This document shows positions 1 to 13,188 of a stretch of DNA of 64,000 nt, in pieces. A program made the translations under genes and the position numbers. Below the pieces are notes generated by a model. That model was given only the letters and a program-made list of their open reading frames with translations. It was not told the origin of the DNA and searched no databases. The stretch is from contig OX597815.1 of the NCBI GenBank assembly GCA_951406725.2, positions 187,736,001 through 187,800,000 of the forward strand, read 5' to 3'. Within the stretch, counting starts at the first letter, position 1. Each line of letters opens with the position of its first letter. The DNA comes from Octopus vulgaris. Taxonomy: Eukaryota.

Positions 1-36
1 ATATATATATACACACACACATACATATATATATAT

Positions 37-67
<31 letters not shown>

Positions 68-235
68 CACACACATATATATATACACACATATATATAT
101 ACACACACACACACAAACATATATATATATACATATATATATACACACATATATATATGCATGTGTGTGTGTGTGTGTGCTTATATATATGTGTGCACAC
201 ACACACACACACACATACATATGCTCTCACACACA
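1..235. repeat. (TA)n/(CA)n/(TG)n compound microsatellite
   Basis: Direct dinucleotide runs. Confidence 0.95.
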
Positions 236-788
236 CTCGTGTTGGTATGTCAGTGTGTCAGCTTTGATGTGTGTGTGTTCGAGTTGTTTGATCAATGGAA
301 CTGTCTTCTCATTCACTCATCCAGTCACTGTGTTAAGTTGTAAGTGTTCCACAAATGCTTGTAATGGTAATGTGATATTCAGTAAGAGTCAACCAGTCTT
401 TTTGTGGGTGGGCGTGTGTGATAGAGAGAGAGAGAGAGATAAGGTTGAGGTTTGAATCACATGTATTGTTGATCCAAATGGGTTCTGTACTGTTTCCATC
501 CAATTAAATCAATTTCCGTTCACATTGCTTGGTTTCATCGAACATATGTTTGCATGTGTGTGTATGGGGTGCAGGTAGTGGTGAAGAAGGTGTGCAGACT
601 TAGCACCCAAAAAGTTTATCTCTACAAAGGTACAACCCTAACTGAGCAGGCCTCTGATTAAAGGTATTTCACTTATGATGATTCAGTTTTTTTCCAGGCT
701 TAGTGTATCTAGGACTGTGTTGTTGAATGTGTTCTTTTATTCTTAAGAAACTATGGTGTATGTGTGTATACATACATACATACACGAA

Positions 789-1165
789 TAGGTTAGAAAC
801 CAGTTCTTTCTCTATTGGCAAGAATTCTTGAAATAAATTGAATAATGACATGCATACATACATACATACATAAGAAGAAAACTAATTTGAAGACTACAGA
901 TCCAATCCATCACTGGAACTTTAAAAATCTGCAAAATTTTTTAGAAGTTTATCATTTAAGATATATATGAGCATGTCTAGATATGCGACTATATGCATGA
1001 GAATACGTACATAAAACAAAACATACAAATCTGCACATAAACATACATACATACAAAGAAAAATACCATACTGTTGATGTTGAAATTCTGATTGGATCTA
1101 GGTTAGAAACCGGTTCTTTATTGGCAAGAAATCTTGAAATAAAACTGAACAATGACATACATACA
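789..1165 (+). repeat. Dispersed ~70-bp direct repeat (789-860 and 1099-1165)
   Basis: taggttagaaacc.gttcttt...attggcaagaa.tcttgaaataaa...aatgacat occurs twice, each followed by (CATA)n. Confidence 0.8.
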
Positions 1166-1192
1166 CCATGCATGCATGCATACATACATATG

Positions 1193-1230
<38 letters not shown>

Positions 1231-1533
1231 GATAGATAGGTAGATAGATAGATAGATATATATACATATGTATACATATATGTGTGTGTGTATAGAGGGT
1301 GAGGAAGCAAAACTTGGGAAAGTCAAACAAAATCTGAAAATGTTTTAAGTACATGGAATAGTCAATGATTAGCAATGCCAGTAAATTTCAAACGGGTTTA
1401 ACAAAAGCTTTCTATTAATATTTATGATTAAATTAATGAGTATGGCTAATATTTATAATCAACTTGCCATTTTCAATGGGCCTGCGCCACACACCTAGAA
1501 CACCCGAAAAATATGCCCCTGCTAACCACAAAC

Positions 1534-1680
1534 CAGTGGTCCCCAACCATTTCACTGCCAAGGGCCCCTTTTATTTAAATGAGTTTTCCCACTGACCCCA
1601 GGATATTGAAAAGTCTGCCTGTTTAACATGTTCAAGGACCTCCAGTACTACCTTTGTGGACCACCGGTGGAGAACCACTG
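1534..1680. mobile_element. hAT-like MITE
   Basis: Terminal inverted repeats cagtggtccccaacc / ggtggagaaccactg resemble hAT-Charlie ends; no clear TSD. Confidence 0.55.
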
Positions 1681-1989
1681 TACTAAGCCATACACCCACA
1701 CGAATATACACACACACACATGTTATATGCATGTGCACACACTCATATAAGCATGCATGTTATACATTCACACATGTAGAACTATAGACAAGCATGTGAC
1801 ATACAAAAAGAAGGAATGGTTAATTTGGATTTTTGTTATCAGCACACAATTACAAAAAGCTTTGTCAATAAGTTTTGGAATGTATCCAGTTTATTAAAAA
1901 AGAATATTCTTTGCCACTAATCTTCATTTTTTCTTTAAGTTTGAAGGTAATTCTTGATTTGCCATTTTTAATAAATTTTCCTTTACAGC

Positions 1990-1991
1990 TT

Positions 1992-2022
<31 letters not shown>

Positions 2023-2123
2023 AAAAGCATGTGTGTGTGTGTGTTTGTGTGTGTATGTATAGGCATATTGGCCACTAACATTATTTTTAGGGATTATATC
2101 ATTCTTTTATATTTATATGTACG

Positions 2124-2164
<41 letters not shown>

Positions 2165-2337
2165 ATGTATATACGTGTGTGTGTGTATGTATATACGTGT
2201 GTGTGTGTGTATGTATATACATGTGTGTGTGTGTGTATGTATATACATATGTGTGTGTGTGTGTATGTATATACATGTGTGTGTGTGTATGTATATACAT
2301 ATGTATATATGTGTGTGTGTATGTATATACATATGTA

Positions 2338-2380
<43 letters not shown>

Positions 2381-2415
2381 ATATCTATACACACATATAT
2401 ATGTATACGCATGTG

Positions 2416-2455
<40 letters not shown>

Positions 2456-2492
2456 TACATATATATGCATATATATGCATATGTACATATAT
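1990..2492. repeat. (TG)n/(TA)n compound microsatellite
   Basis: Direct dinucleotide runs with a recurring gtgtatgtatatac unit. Confidence 0.95.
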
Positions 2493-2914
2493 AACCACTT
2501 CTCAACAAATATAGTAAATACATTGCTAAATTAATATTTATTTATCAAGTAAGCTTTTCAAATAACTCTGGACTAATTCTATCTTTTCAGTGTACCCCCT
2601 TTTATTCATAATTCCACACCATTTCTGCTCCATGCATATTCTCACCATTCATTTTATCGTATCCCTGTTTTTACATTTACAGACCTGCATTTATTACAAG
2701 CATAGAATAATCACACATCCATTATGCATTGAAATAAACAGCCTGAAGTGAATGGTCTCTGTGTATATTCTTGTACAATCATTGATTTGTATTGATAGCA
2801 CCAAATATGCACATAATTATATCAACTTGCAATTAGACGTGAGTGCATGCGTATATCTTCTTTACGCATTCCAAAAATATGTATCTCCCTGTTTTGACAT
2901 GCAACTACTTGACT

Positions 2915-3797
2915 ACACACACACACAAGCATGGATGTGAACATGTAGACACTCACACTGACACACACACACGCAAACATGTAGACACACTCACAAACAT
3001 GGATATGTAGACACACACACAGAGACACATGCACACACACATGTGAACATGTAGACACTCACACACACGCACAAGCATGAACATGTAGACACACACACAC
3101 AAACATGAACATGTAGACACACACACTCACAAACATGGATATGTAGACACACACACAGAGACACACGCACACACACATGTGAACATGTAGACACTCACAC
3201 AGATACATACACGCACAGGCATGAACATGTAGACACACACACACACACACACACACAAACATGGATATGTAGACACACACACAGAGACACATGCACACAC
3301 GTAGACACTCACACAGACATGCACACAAACATGAACATGTAGACACACACACACACTCACAAACATGGATATGTAGACACACACACAGAGACATACGCAC
3401 ATACACACACATGTGAACATGTAGACACTCACACAGACACACATGCACAAGCATGAACATGTAGACACACACACACACTCACAAACATGGATATGTAGAC
3501 ACACACACACAGAGACACACATGCACACACACACGTGAAGATGTAGACACTCACACAGACACATGCACACACAAACATGAACATGTAGGCACACACAAAC
3601 ACACTCACAAACATGGATATCTAGACACACACACAGACACACATGTGAACATGTAGACACTCACACAGACACACATGCATAAACATGAACATGTAGACAC
3701 ACACACAAACATGGACATGTACACACACAGGTTTACACAAATATGAACATGTAGACACACACACACATAAACATGGGCATGTAGACACTGACACACG
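2915..3797. repeat. CA-derived minisatellite with three alternating sub-units
   Basis: Recurring aaacatggatatgtagacac / acatgtgaacatgtagacactc / catgaacatgtagacac separated by (CA)n. Confidence 0.9.
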
Positions 3798-3863
3798 TCC
3801 GTGCATATTTAATGGGCTTCAGCACAGTTACCCTCTACTGAATTTACTCACAAGTTGTTGGTT

Positions 3864-3900
<37 letters not shown>

Positions 3901-4288
3901 CTAGCAGTATCACCCGGTGTTGCTTGGGTTTGTTTCGATCCTTTAGAATTGGAATTTTTGAAAAGTAAAATTTTGCATTATGCAACTTGTTATTCTCTTC
4001 AAGTGAACATTTTTCCAGTTGAAATACACCGAAAAATGGTGACACAGCAGTCAAAAATCGTAAAAAATAGGGATTTTCATAGAAAAAAAGCACCTTTTTG
4101 ATGTAAATAATTTTTGGTGTTAACATGGTCTGATTTGAATTTTATCTTCTACAGAATAAAGAGCAAGCCTTCTTCTATCATACTATCAATTTTGGTCAAC
4201 TTGCGCTGCAGGGTCTCGAAGGAGATAGTGTTAGTTGAAGGCTAGCAAACCTGCCACACACAGACAACTTCAGCTTTATATATATAGA
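3901..4288 (-). mobile_element. Non-autonomous Helitron
   Basis: Minus strand starts a|TCTATATATATAAAG and ends with a degenerate GC hairpin (cccaagcaacaccggg) then CTAG|t; A|T insertion site, no TSD. Confidence 0.7.
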
Positions 4289-4338
4289 TTTGCTACACAC
4301 TACTTTCCATCCTTAATAATGAAACTTGGTAGATCCAA

Positions 4339-5001
4339 AAGTTAAACACACAGTCAGATACACACACAGACACACAAGTTGAGTTTTATATATAGAGATT
4401 TCTCAATGGGGATTTCAGGGGAGAGTTTCAAGGAGTCGCTGGCGATGTATCATGATGATCAAAAATCCGGCCTGCTAAAATTTGGTTAAAGTGATTCAAA
4501 CTGCAGACTCAATGCAAAATGGTCACAGTTAATTCAAAGCGTTAAAAATGTTATGAAAACAATTGGTATGTGTTCACCAAGTCCAAACGATTAATACGAA
4601 AAAATCCTCCAAGCTACATCCCGAAAATTCATTTCTTTGCCAAGTTTCTACAATGTTTATGGCGATTCGTTTTTATATCTTGATTTTTTATTTTTCATGC
4701 AATTTACGCATGCTTGCACGCGTGGCGAACACAGTTCACGTCAAACAGCTGACTGAGTAAAGTTCACTATTCAATGCATGGGATAAGGCCTAAACAAACA
4801 CATTATCGATTTTTGCACTTGCGAGGTGAATTTCGGAACAGAAATAGCGCAGTTCAATTTTCACTCGCCTAAACTTTAAGTGACTCATTTTTGGTGATTC
4901 TACGATTTGTTGGCCAGGAGGAGATGTGCCGGGAAGTTAAACACACAGACACACACACAGATACACACACAGACACACAAGTTGAGTTTTATATATATAG
5001 A
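4339..5001 (-). mobile_element. Further Helitron-type 5' segments (5' termini at ~4398 and ~5001)
   Basis: aagttaaacacacag...acacacaagttgagttttatatata(g/t)agat occurs twice and resembles the 5' end at 4288. Confidence 0.55.
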
Positions 5002-5025
5002 TACATATATAGACAGATGGATGGA

Positions 5026-5238
5026 CAGGGTTGGCCAAAAGTCACTTGACAGTAAATCAGGACTATTTAATTCGAAGATTTTTTTATGTTTAACAACTGA
5101 ATAAGTTTAATAAAAGCATCTAAATATGAAACATCATGAAAATTGTTTAAACTGAAGTCTTTCTTGAGCGACACCATTTTTCCATTTGAGTCAAGACAGA
5201 ATTTTGATTTACTGCCAGGTGACTTTTGGCCAACCCTG
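5026..5238. mobile_element. Tc1/mariner-type MITE
   Basis: ~34-bp TIR cagggttggccaaaagtcac(t/c)tg(a/g)cagtaaatca; TA on the right flank. Confidence 0.85.
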
Positions 5239-5291
5239 TATACACACACACATATAAAGGAGCAATATATATACATAATATATATTTATAA

Positions 5292-5613
5292 ATTCAGGAC
5301 CAGGTACTACAATTGTCTAGGGTTCAAAGGCCCACGGCTCTTCAATGCCCTGTCATAAAAATTAAGAAATCTGCATAAAGTGGAAATAGATGTCTTCAAA
5401 ATGGAACTACACATTCTCCTCTCCACAGTACCAGATGAACCAACAGCCCAATAAGAGGTGCAGAGAAGGGCAGCAGAACCAAACTCCCTTATACATCCAA
5501 ATGTACCAACAGCTGGGACAAAGGTACATACAGTCTGAGAAAATCAGAAAGACCATGGTGATGCTCCAGCCTGACTGCAGCCACATGGCTGAAATGAGTA
5601 AAATAATAAAAGA
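5292..5613 (+). mobile_element. 3' fragment of a CR1-group LINE, older relative of the 14.5-kb copy
   Basis: Translates RTRYYNCLGFKGPRLFNAL...DVFKMEL...VPDEPT, colinear with RTRYCDSLGFRGPQLFNIL...DVFKIKL...VPDEPT at 15.7-15.9 kb; ends in the shared stem-loop tail. Confidence 0.85.
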
Positions 5614-5643
5614 ATGTGTATATATATACATATATATGCAGGA

Positions 5644-6041
5644 GGCGCAGGAGTGGTTGTGTGGTAAGTAGCTTGTCTACCACCCACATGGTTCCGGGTT
5701 CAGTCCCACTGCGTGGCACCTTGGGCGAGTGTCTTCTGCTATAGCCTCGGGCCGACCAAAGCCTTGTGAGTGGATTTGGTAGACGGAAACTGAAAGAAGC
5801 CTGTCGTATATATGTATATATATGTGTGTGTTTGTGTGTCTGTGTTTGTCCCTCTAGCATTGCTTGACAACCGATGCTGGTGTGTTTATGTCCCCGTTAC
5901 TTAGCGGTTCAGCAAAAGAGACCGATAGAATAAGTACTGGGCTTACAAAAAGAATAAGTCCCGGGGTCGAGTTGCTCGATTAAAGGCGGTGCTCCAGCAT
6001 GGCCGCAGTCAAATGACTGAAACAAGTAAAAGAGTAAAGAG
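5644..6041 (+). mobile_element. SINE family A (tRNA head, CORE-like box, CR1-type tail), full length
   Basis: A-box tggttgtgtgg, B-box ggttcagtccc, CORE-like ccttgggc.agtg, internal TA/TG microsatellite, tail cagtcaaatgactgaaacaagtaaaagag. Confidence 0.92.
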
Positions 6042-6247
6042 TATATATATAAAAAATACATATAAATATGTGAAGGAACAAGAATGGGTGTGTGATTAAG
6101 AAGTAAGTTGTGTGGTGTTATGTTTCATTGCATAGGGTACTGGGCAAGTCTCTTCAACCAAAGACATGATCTGACAAATGACTCATGAGATAAATTGGTA
6201 ACTGGAAACTGTGGAGAAGCCTATTGTCCCCATCAGTATCATTATAA

Positions 6248-6657
6248 TCTTTTACTCTTTTACTTGTTTCAGTCATTTGACTGCGGCCATGCTGGAGCAC
6301 CGCCTTTAGTTGAGCAAATCGACCCCAGGACTTATTCTTTGTAAGCCTGGTACTTATTCTATCGGTCTCTTTTGCTGAACCACTAAGTTACATAAACACA
6401 CCAGCATCGGTTGTCAAGCGATGTTGGGGGACAAACAGAGACACACAAACATATACACACACAAACACATACATATATATTTATGCATATATAAGACAGG
6501 CTTCTTTTCAGTTTCCGTCTACCAAATACACTCACAAGGCTTTGGTCAGCCCGAGGCTATAGTAGAAGACACTTGCCCAAGGTGCCACACAGTGGGACTG
6601 AACCTGGAACCATGTGGTTGGTAAGCAAGTTACTTACCACACAGCCACTCCTACACC
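6248..6657 (-). mobile_element. SINE family A, full length
   Basis: Reverse complement of 5644-6041. Confidence 0.92.
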
Positions 6658-6684
6658 TATTATCATCATATTTATATATGTTTT

Positions 6685-6905
6685 TGCATGCATGAGTTGA
6701 ATGGGGACTTCTTCCAAAAAGAATCCAACCACTTGCATTTCTTTGTCATCTCCTCTGAATTTCAGCTTCGCAAGATCAATCTCCACTACTTCCACCTTGA
6801 TTTCCTTGATCTCACTCTCTTCCACTGGTTCCTTTCGCATGAATCTCCAAGCACTTTTTCACCAACTGATTCCTCAAGTATTCAGTTTTCTCTCAGCACA
6901 TTTGT
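6685..6905 (-). mobile_element. Degenerate RTE-like LINE 3' fragment
   Basis: Broken frames KKCLEIHAKGTSGR and EVVEIDL resemble the RTE C-terminus (VEG.R.RGRP.K.W...V..DL). Confidence 0.35.
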
Positions 6906-6981
6906 GTCTGGAGAAAAGAAAGAAAGAAAGAAAGAAAGAAAAATAACCCTTCCTAATCATTACAAGTAAAAATTAACATGT

Positions 6982-7346
6982 TCTTTTATTCTTTTACTTG
7001 TTTCAGTCATTTGACTGTGGCCATGCTGGAGCACCGCCTTTAGTCGAACAAATTGATCCCAGGACTTAGGTTTTTGTAAACCTAGTACTTATTTTATCAG
7101 TCCCTTTTGCCAAACTGCTAAGTTACAGAGATGTAAACACACCAACATTAGTTGTTAAGCGATAGTGGAGGGACAAACACACACACATATACGATGGGCT
7201 TCTTTCAGTTTCTGCCTGCCAAATCCACTCACAAGACTTTGGTCAGCCCGAAGCTATAGTAGAAGACACTTGCCCAAGGTGCCACGCAGTGGGACTGAAC
7301 TTGGAACCATGTGGTTGGGGAGCAAGCTTCCTACTACACAGCCACT
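6982..7346 (-). mobile_element. SINE family A
   Basis: Matches family A throughout. Confidence 0.9.
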
Positions 7347-8310
7347 TTGTTGAAATACTTGGAAAAAAACAGTTCACCTCAACATAAATATCACCAAATT
7401 TTCAATGACCTCACTGTCAAAGTTTATTACTCTAACTGAAGCAGATAATATCACCTTCATGAACTTAACCTAGACTCCAAAAATAACAATAATTGAAGCA
7501 AAATAAAAATACATCTATTCATTCTAATAATAATGTTATTAACAAGGATTGGAATTTTGCCCAGTATCACTGCAATAATATTGAAACAATTATATCTATA
7601 TATCTATTGCTAATAACCATTCAATGACTGAACAAAATGATAATGAAACTAGTATGAATAATACTGCTATTATTAAAAGGATTAATTTTGAGTGCTTACG
7701 TTTACCTAGTGAACTTGTGGTAATAATAGTACTACCAGTAGGGTAGTGATAAAGCATAAAATGTACGCATCATTAGAATGAGATAACATATATGATACAT
7801 CTATCGCAATTCTGCATCCCTAACTGCTACTTTTACTTGCATTACTTTACATATATGTAATTGTAGAATAGCTAAGGCGTGTCCTCTTAATGAAAATTGA
7901 CCAAGGCAAAATATAGTTTATAGATGTAAGGTCCTTAGCTATAAAAGTAGATAGCACATCAGATCTATTTTGAATACCTTCAAAAGTATATTCTCGACAC
8001 ATAAACATTCATTCATTAATTGTAAATTGAAGCATTCAACTTCATTAGCAGAAACTCTTGGAATTTCAGATCAAGAATTATATTGATTTTTATGACCAAA
8101 TAAAGTATTAAAGACACAGGTGATTGATGCCAAGGTCAGTTGTGTACATATGAATTTATCAAAATATCATTAGCGAATGATACTCACTTAAACAAGAAAA
8201 ATGAATTCCTAATTAATTATGATCATAAGCTATTCAAAACTTGTAAGTTTTACTAGGTAACTACTAAGTATGATAATTAGGGAATCAAAATTAATATCCA
8301 GTGTATTATT

Positions 8311-8466
8311 AACCCTTTAGCATTCAAACTGGCCTTTTCTGATCAAAATACTTAACCTGTTTTTATATTGAAAGTGACCAGATCAGATCTCTTACCTCAA
8401 GCCTACAATATCATTCTGAAACTAAAAAATCACATCACTAAAATCTCTAAACTATAAAATGATGCA
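8311..8466. mobile_element. piggyBac-like MITE fragment truncated by a SINE
   Basis: TTAA followed by ccctttagcattcaaac; reverse-complement similarity to 59491-60107. Confidence 0.55.
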
Positions 8467-8611
8467 TGTGAGGTAGTGTGGTAAGAATCTTGCTTCCCAA
8501 CCACATGGTTTTGGGTTCAGTCCTACTGCGTGGCACCTTGGGCTAGTGTCTTCTAGGGCCAACCAAAGCCTTGTGAGTGGATTTGGTAGACAGAAACTGA
8601 AAGAAGCCCAT

Positions 8612-8644
<33 letters not shown>

Positions 8645-8882
8645 GTATGTATGTATGTATGTGTGTAAATATGTTTGTGTGTCTGTGTTTGTCCCCTCAA
8701 CATCGCTTGACAACTGATGCTGGTGTGTTTATGTCCCTGTAACTTAGCGCTTTGGCAAAAGAGACTGATAGAATAAGTACTAGGCTTACAAAGAATAAGT
8801 CCTGGGGCCGATTTCTTTGACTAAAGGCAGTGCTCCAGCATGGCCACAGTCAAATGACTGAAACAACTAAAAGGGTAAAGAG
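8467..8882 (+). mobile_element. SINE family A
   Basis: Matches family A. Confidence 0.9.
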
Positions 8883-9289
8883 GGAGAGTAACTAAGCATT
8901 GGATTGCTTTGAGCTCTGCTCTTAGTTAGATGCTATGTCACAAAAGTACAGGTGGCTGAGAGCAAGCGTCCCCCACAGGACTAACATGCTGTACTTTTAT
9001 CTGCCGATCGGTCTCAAGTATCCAACCAGCCAATTGCTTGTGCATTGCTGTTCTCATCATAGTATTATGCACACGAAATGATACATGATTACTCAGGAGG
9101 ATTGCCAGGCCCTGCACTGATTATGTGTACATATATTCACATGTATACGCCCATGGAAGTGTATATGCATGCTTGTGTCTACATGTGTCTTGGCAAGTGT
9201 ACATTTACAGGACTCTATTTCTGTGTGTGTATGTGCATGAATGAAGATGTATACACATATGCACAAAAGAATTTACATGCACACATATA

Positions 9290-9639
9290 CACACATCTGT
9301 CTATCTATATACGTATGTATGTATGTATGTATGTATGTATCTATCTATCTATCTATATATCTGTCTGTCTATCTATCTATCTGTCTGTCTGTCTATATAT
9401 CTATCTATTTATATAAATAAATACATGTCTATATAAACATATCTATGTATCTGATGATAATAATATATATATATATATTAATACATATTATGTGTGTGTG
9501 TGTCTGTATATATTTGTTTATCTGAATTGACTAGATATATACAACACAGACACATATGTAATATACACACACATATATATGATGTATATATATACAACGT
9601 ATGTGTATGCGTGTACACTTGTATGTATATATATATAAG

Positions 9640-9716
<77 letters not shown>

Positions 9717-9750
9717 CATACATAAATATATATTCATATACACAAATTTT

Positions 9751-9810
<60 letters not shown>
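9290..9810. repeat. (TA)n/(TATG)n/(TCTA)n microsatellite block
   Basis: Direct runs. Confidence 0.95.
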
Positions 9811-9812
<2 letters not shown>

Positions 9813-10060
9813 TCATCATTGTTTAATACCCGCTTTCCATGCTGGCATGGATTGGATGGTTTGACTGAGGACTGGCAATCCAGGAGGCTGCACCATACTC
9901 CAATCTGATCTGGCAGTGTTTCTACAGCTGGATGCCCTTCCTAACACCTACCACTCTGAGAATGAAGTGGATGCTTTTTATGTGCCACCAACATGGGAGC
10001 AGTCAGGGGGAACTGGTAATGACCACACTCAAAAGGTGCTTTTTATACGCCACTGGCACG
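9810..10060 (-). mobile_element. SINE-like family B ((GAT)n tail)
   Basis: catcatcat..tttaa...ttccatgctggcatgg...ctggatgcccttcctaa...atgtgccacc. Confidence 0.85.
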
Positions 10061-10455
10061 GTATATATACATATGTGTATATACATACATATATATATAA
10101 GTATATATAATGTATATGTATACACATACATATATGTACATATTTGTGTGTGTTTATATATATGTATGTATGTATGTGTATATTCTATAAGTAATATATT
10201 CATATACATAAATGTACATATATATATATGTATATATATATATGTATAATTGAGTAGTTGAATGAATTATCTTATTATGGATAATTCGGTTAACCGATAC
10301 CTGGGTAGCAAATTCTTGTCAGAAAAATACAGTTGAAGCTACATGCCTAGGGCAGAAATCACGTGCTATCGTGTGGAAATTTGTGTGTTTTTTTTTAATA
10401 CAAATAAATGAAAGAATGGAGTTGAACGACGAATTAACAAAATTCCTTTATTTTA

Positions 10456-10538
10456 TTTTCGACATATGTTTCGAAGGCTGCATATTCCTAATTTCGAAGG
10501 AATAAGGGGTGCATTATGCCGCCTTCTCATCAGGAAAA
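10456..10538 (-). ncRNA. Type-I hammerhead ribozyme fold with intact core
   Basis: Minus strand: ttttc-CTGATGA-gaaggc...gccttc-GAAA-catatg-TC-gaaaa; 5-bp stem I, extended stem II, palindromic stem III acatatgt, GUC site. Confidence 0.8.
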
Positions 10539-10635
10539 GTAAGGAACTTATGTCAGCATCAAGATGCACAAAAATTTTTAGATGCCTGCCCACACGGAGC
10601 CCATAGCGATAAAACTCCATTCAACTCCATTCTTT

Positions 10636-10653
10636 CATTTATTTATATATATG

Positions 10654-10704
<51 letters not shown>

Positions 10705-10721
10705 ACATAGATATGTATATT

Positions 10722-10758
<37 letters not shown>

Positions 10759-10860
10759 TTATGTATATATATATATACATATACATATATATATATATAT
10801 TTATACACACACACACACACATATATACATACATATTTATATATGAATATAAATACATGT
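10636..10860. repeat. (TA)n microsatellite
   Basis: Direct runs. Confidence 0.95.
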
Positions 10861-11559
10861 GCACAAGCACGCACTCATGCAGTGTATGCTTGGAGACCTA
10901 CATTCATATAAACCTGTACAATATTACTAGAATCATTTCTGCTACATGAGTAGTTAGTTGCAAGTACATTTGTTTGTTTTTTTGTTTTTTTTTTATTTCC
11001 TTTGAGAACTCTGTTTACATAAACTCAGAATATATTTGCTCATTCAGCCTGACATATAACTACAGATCTACATACATGATTGTTGTTGAAGTATGTGACA
11101 GACACCCTCCCACATACACACGTACACATGCATATGTACATGTATGTATAAATATACTTACATACACATATGCGTGTACACGTTTCCTTGCACCTTCCCC
11201 ACCCCCACACCGACTTCCAAACATTCTCTCTTTCTCACACATATCATGCATTACATATGTGCACACTCCCACGCACATATTAATATTAATATATATATGT
11301 GTGTGTGTGCGTATATCAATATATGTATGTAAATGTATACATAAATATGTTCATGTGTGTGTGTGTGTGTATGTATGATATATATTTTATATATACCAGC
11401 CCCATATACTTCATTATACACACACAAGTATATATATGTATGTATGCATATATATATATATATATATGTATACACACACACACACACACACATCAACATA
11501 CATACATACATTTGTGTAATGTAATTATATAGTATATCTAATTATAGAGTTACACAGGC

Positions 11560-12009
11560 AAATATATACATGGTGTGTTGTGTATATGTGTGTGTACATA
11601 TATATATATATATATATATACATACACACACACATATATATTCATATAGGCACACACATGGTATATTGTTTTATAATAGTATATCACATACATACATAAT
11701 ACATACACATATATACATATGGTATATTATATATATATTATATAAATATAATATATATAACATATATAATATAATGTATATATAATATATATATATTATT
11801 TCATAGTTATATATGTATATATTATTTATAATGTATATTACATATATATATAATATATATTATATATATATGTATATATAATATATATATGTATATATCA
11901 TTTATAATGTAAATTACATATATATTACATATTCTTTTTTTTTTTCTAGTTTCAGCTCAGAGCTGCGGCCATGCTGATGTATATATATATATTATATATA
12001 TATATATGT

Positions 12010-12088
<79 letters not shown>

Positions 12089-12091
12089 GTA

Positions 12092-12149
<58 letters not shown>

Positions 12150-12587
12150 ATGTATATATAATATAAATATATGTATTTTTTATATTATATATAAATATAT
12201 ATATAATATTATATATATATATATATATAATTAAATATACATTATATATATGTATATATAATATAAATATACATTTTATATATATTATATATAAATGTAT
12301 ATATAATATTATATATATATATATATAATATATACATAATATATATATATGTGTATATAATATATACGTAATTTATATATATGTGTATATAATATATACG
12401 TAATATATATATATGTATATATAATATACATATATGTATATATTATTTATACTGTATATTACATATATATATTAGATATATTATATAAGTATATACGATA
12501 TATATATATAATATATTTTATATATATATACATTATATATATATACATATGTATATATTATTTATAATATATATTATATATAATATG
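11560..12587. repeat. ~1-kb degenerate (TA)n tract
   Basis: Almost pure A/T dinucleotide sequence. Confidence 0.95.
11935..11976 (-). mobile_element. Terminal ~40-nt CR1 LINE tail
   Basis: Minus strand cagcatggccgcagctctgagctgaaactag plus poly(A) matches 15974-16005. Confidence 0.7.
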
Positions 12588-12605
12588 GAAAAAGAGAGAG
12601 ATTAC

Positions 12606-12657
12606 GGGGATTTTATAGGGGAGGGGTGGGGAAATGTGTGTGGGTGGGTGGGGTTGG
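12606..12657 (+). other. Potential G-quadruplex
   Basis: Seven G3-4 runs, including ggggaggggtgggg and gggtgggtgggg. Confidence 0.6.
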
Positions 12658-13016
12658 TATAATTTATAGCAGACTGTTGGGGAGAGCCTATCAAGTTGAA
12701 CAAAGAATACACACACAATATTGAAGAAGTTGATAATATAAAAACAGGCTACTACATTGTGGAAACATGTCACTGCCTGAACAATGACCTTGAACAGATG
12801 GATCATTCTTTCTGTGAAAGCTTTCATCTGAACTTGTTCCTCATTATAACAAGCTTCATTCACTTGACTCATTTTTTTTCTTCCTGCTGGTATTTTTACC
12901 TTCTTCAATTTCTTCTTCTTCATTACCTTTTTTTTTTCTTCATTTTCTTTTTTATATTTATTTTGATTCGTTTGTTTCATTCTGCTAGTCTTTTTCTTTC
13001 ATATTTCTTTCTGCCC

Positions 13017-13157
13017 CTTCTTCTTCTTCTTCTTCTTCTTCTTCTTCTTCTTCTTCTTCTTCTTCTTCTTCTTCTTCTTCTTCTTCTTCTTCTTCTTCTT
13101 CTTCTTCTTCTTCTTCTTCTTCTTCTTCTTCTTCTTCTTCTTCTTCTTCTTCTTCTT

Positions 13158-13187
<30 letters not shown>
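13017..13187. repeat. (CTT)57 trinucleotide repeat inside a ~750-bp polypyrimidine tract (12900-13645)
   Basis: 171 bp of uninterrupted CTT. Confidence 0.97.

Positions 13188-13188
<1 letters not shown>

Noticed and set aside
161-3806. Many YI/CV/HT-rich ORFs here and throughout the window
   Set aside because: Stop-free translations of TA/TG/CA microsatellites.
5489-5860. Recurrent ORFs containing RLPNPLTRLWSARGYSRRH suggesting a gene family
   Set aside because: Antisense translation of SINE A.
6634-6910. Minus-strand exon after a (CTTT)n-CAG acceptor
   Set aside because: Stops occur in all three frames soon after the AG; better explained as an RTE remnant.
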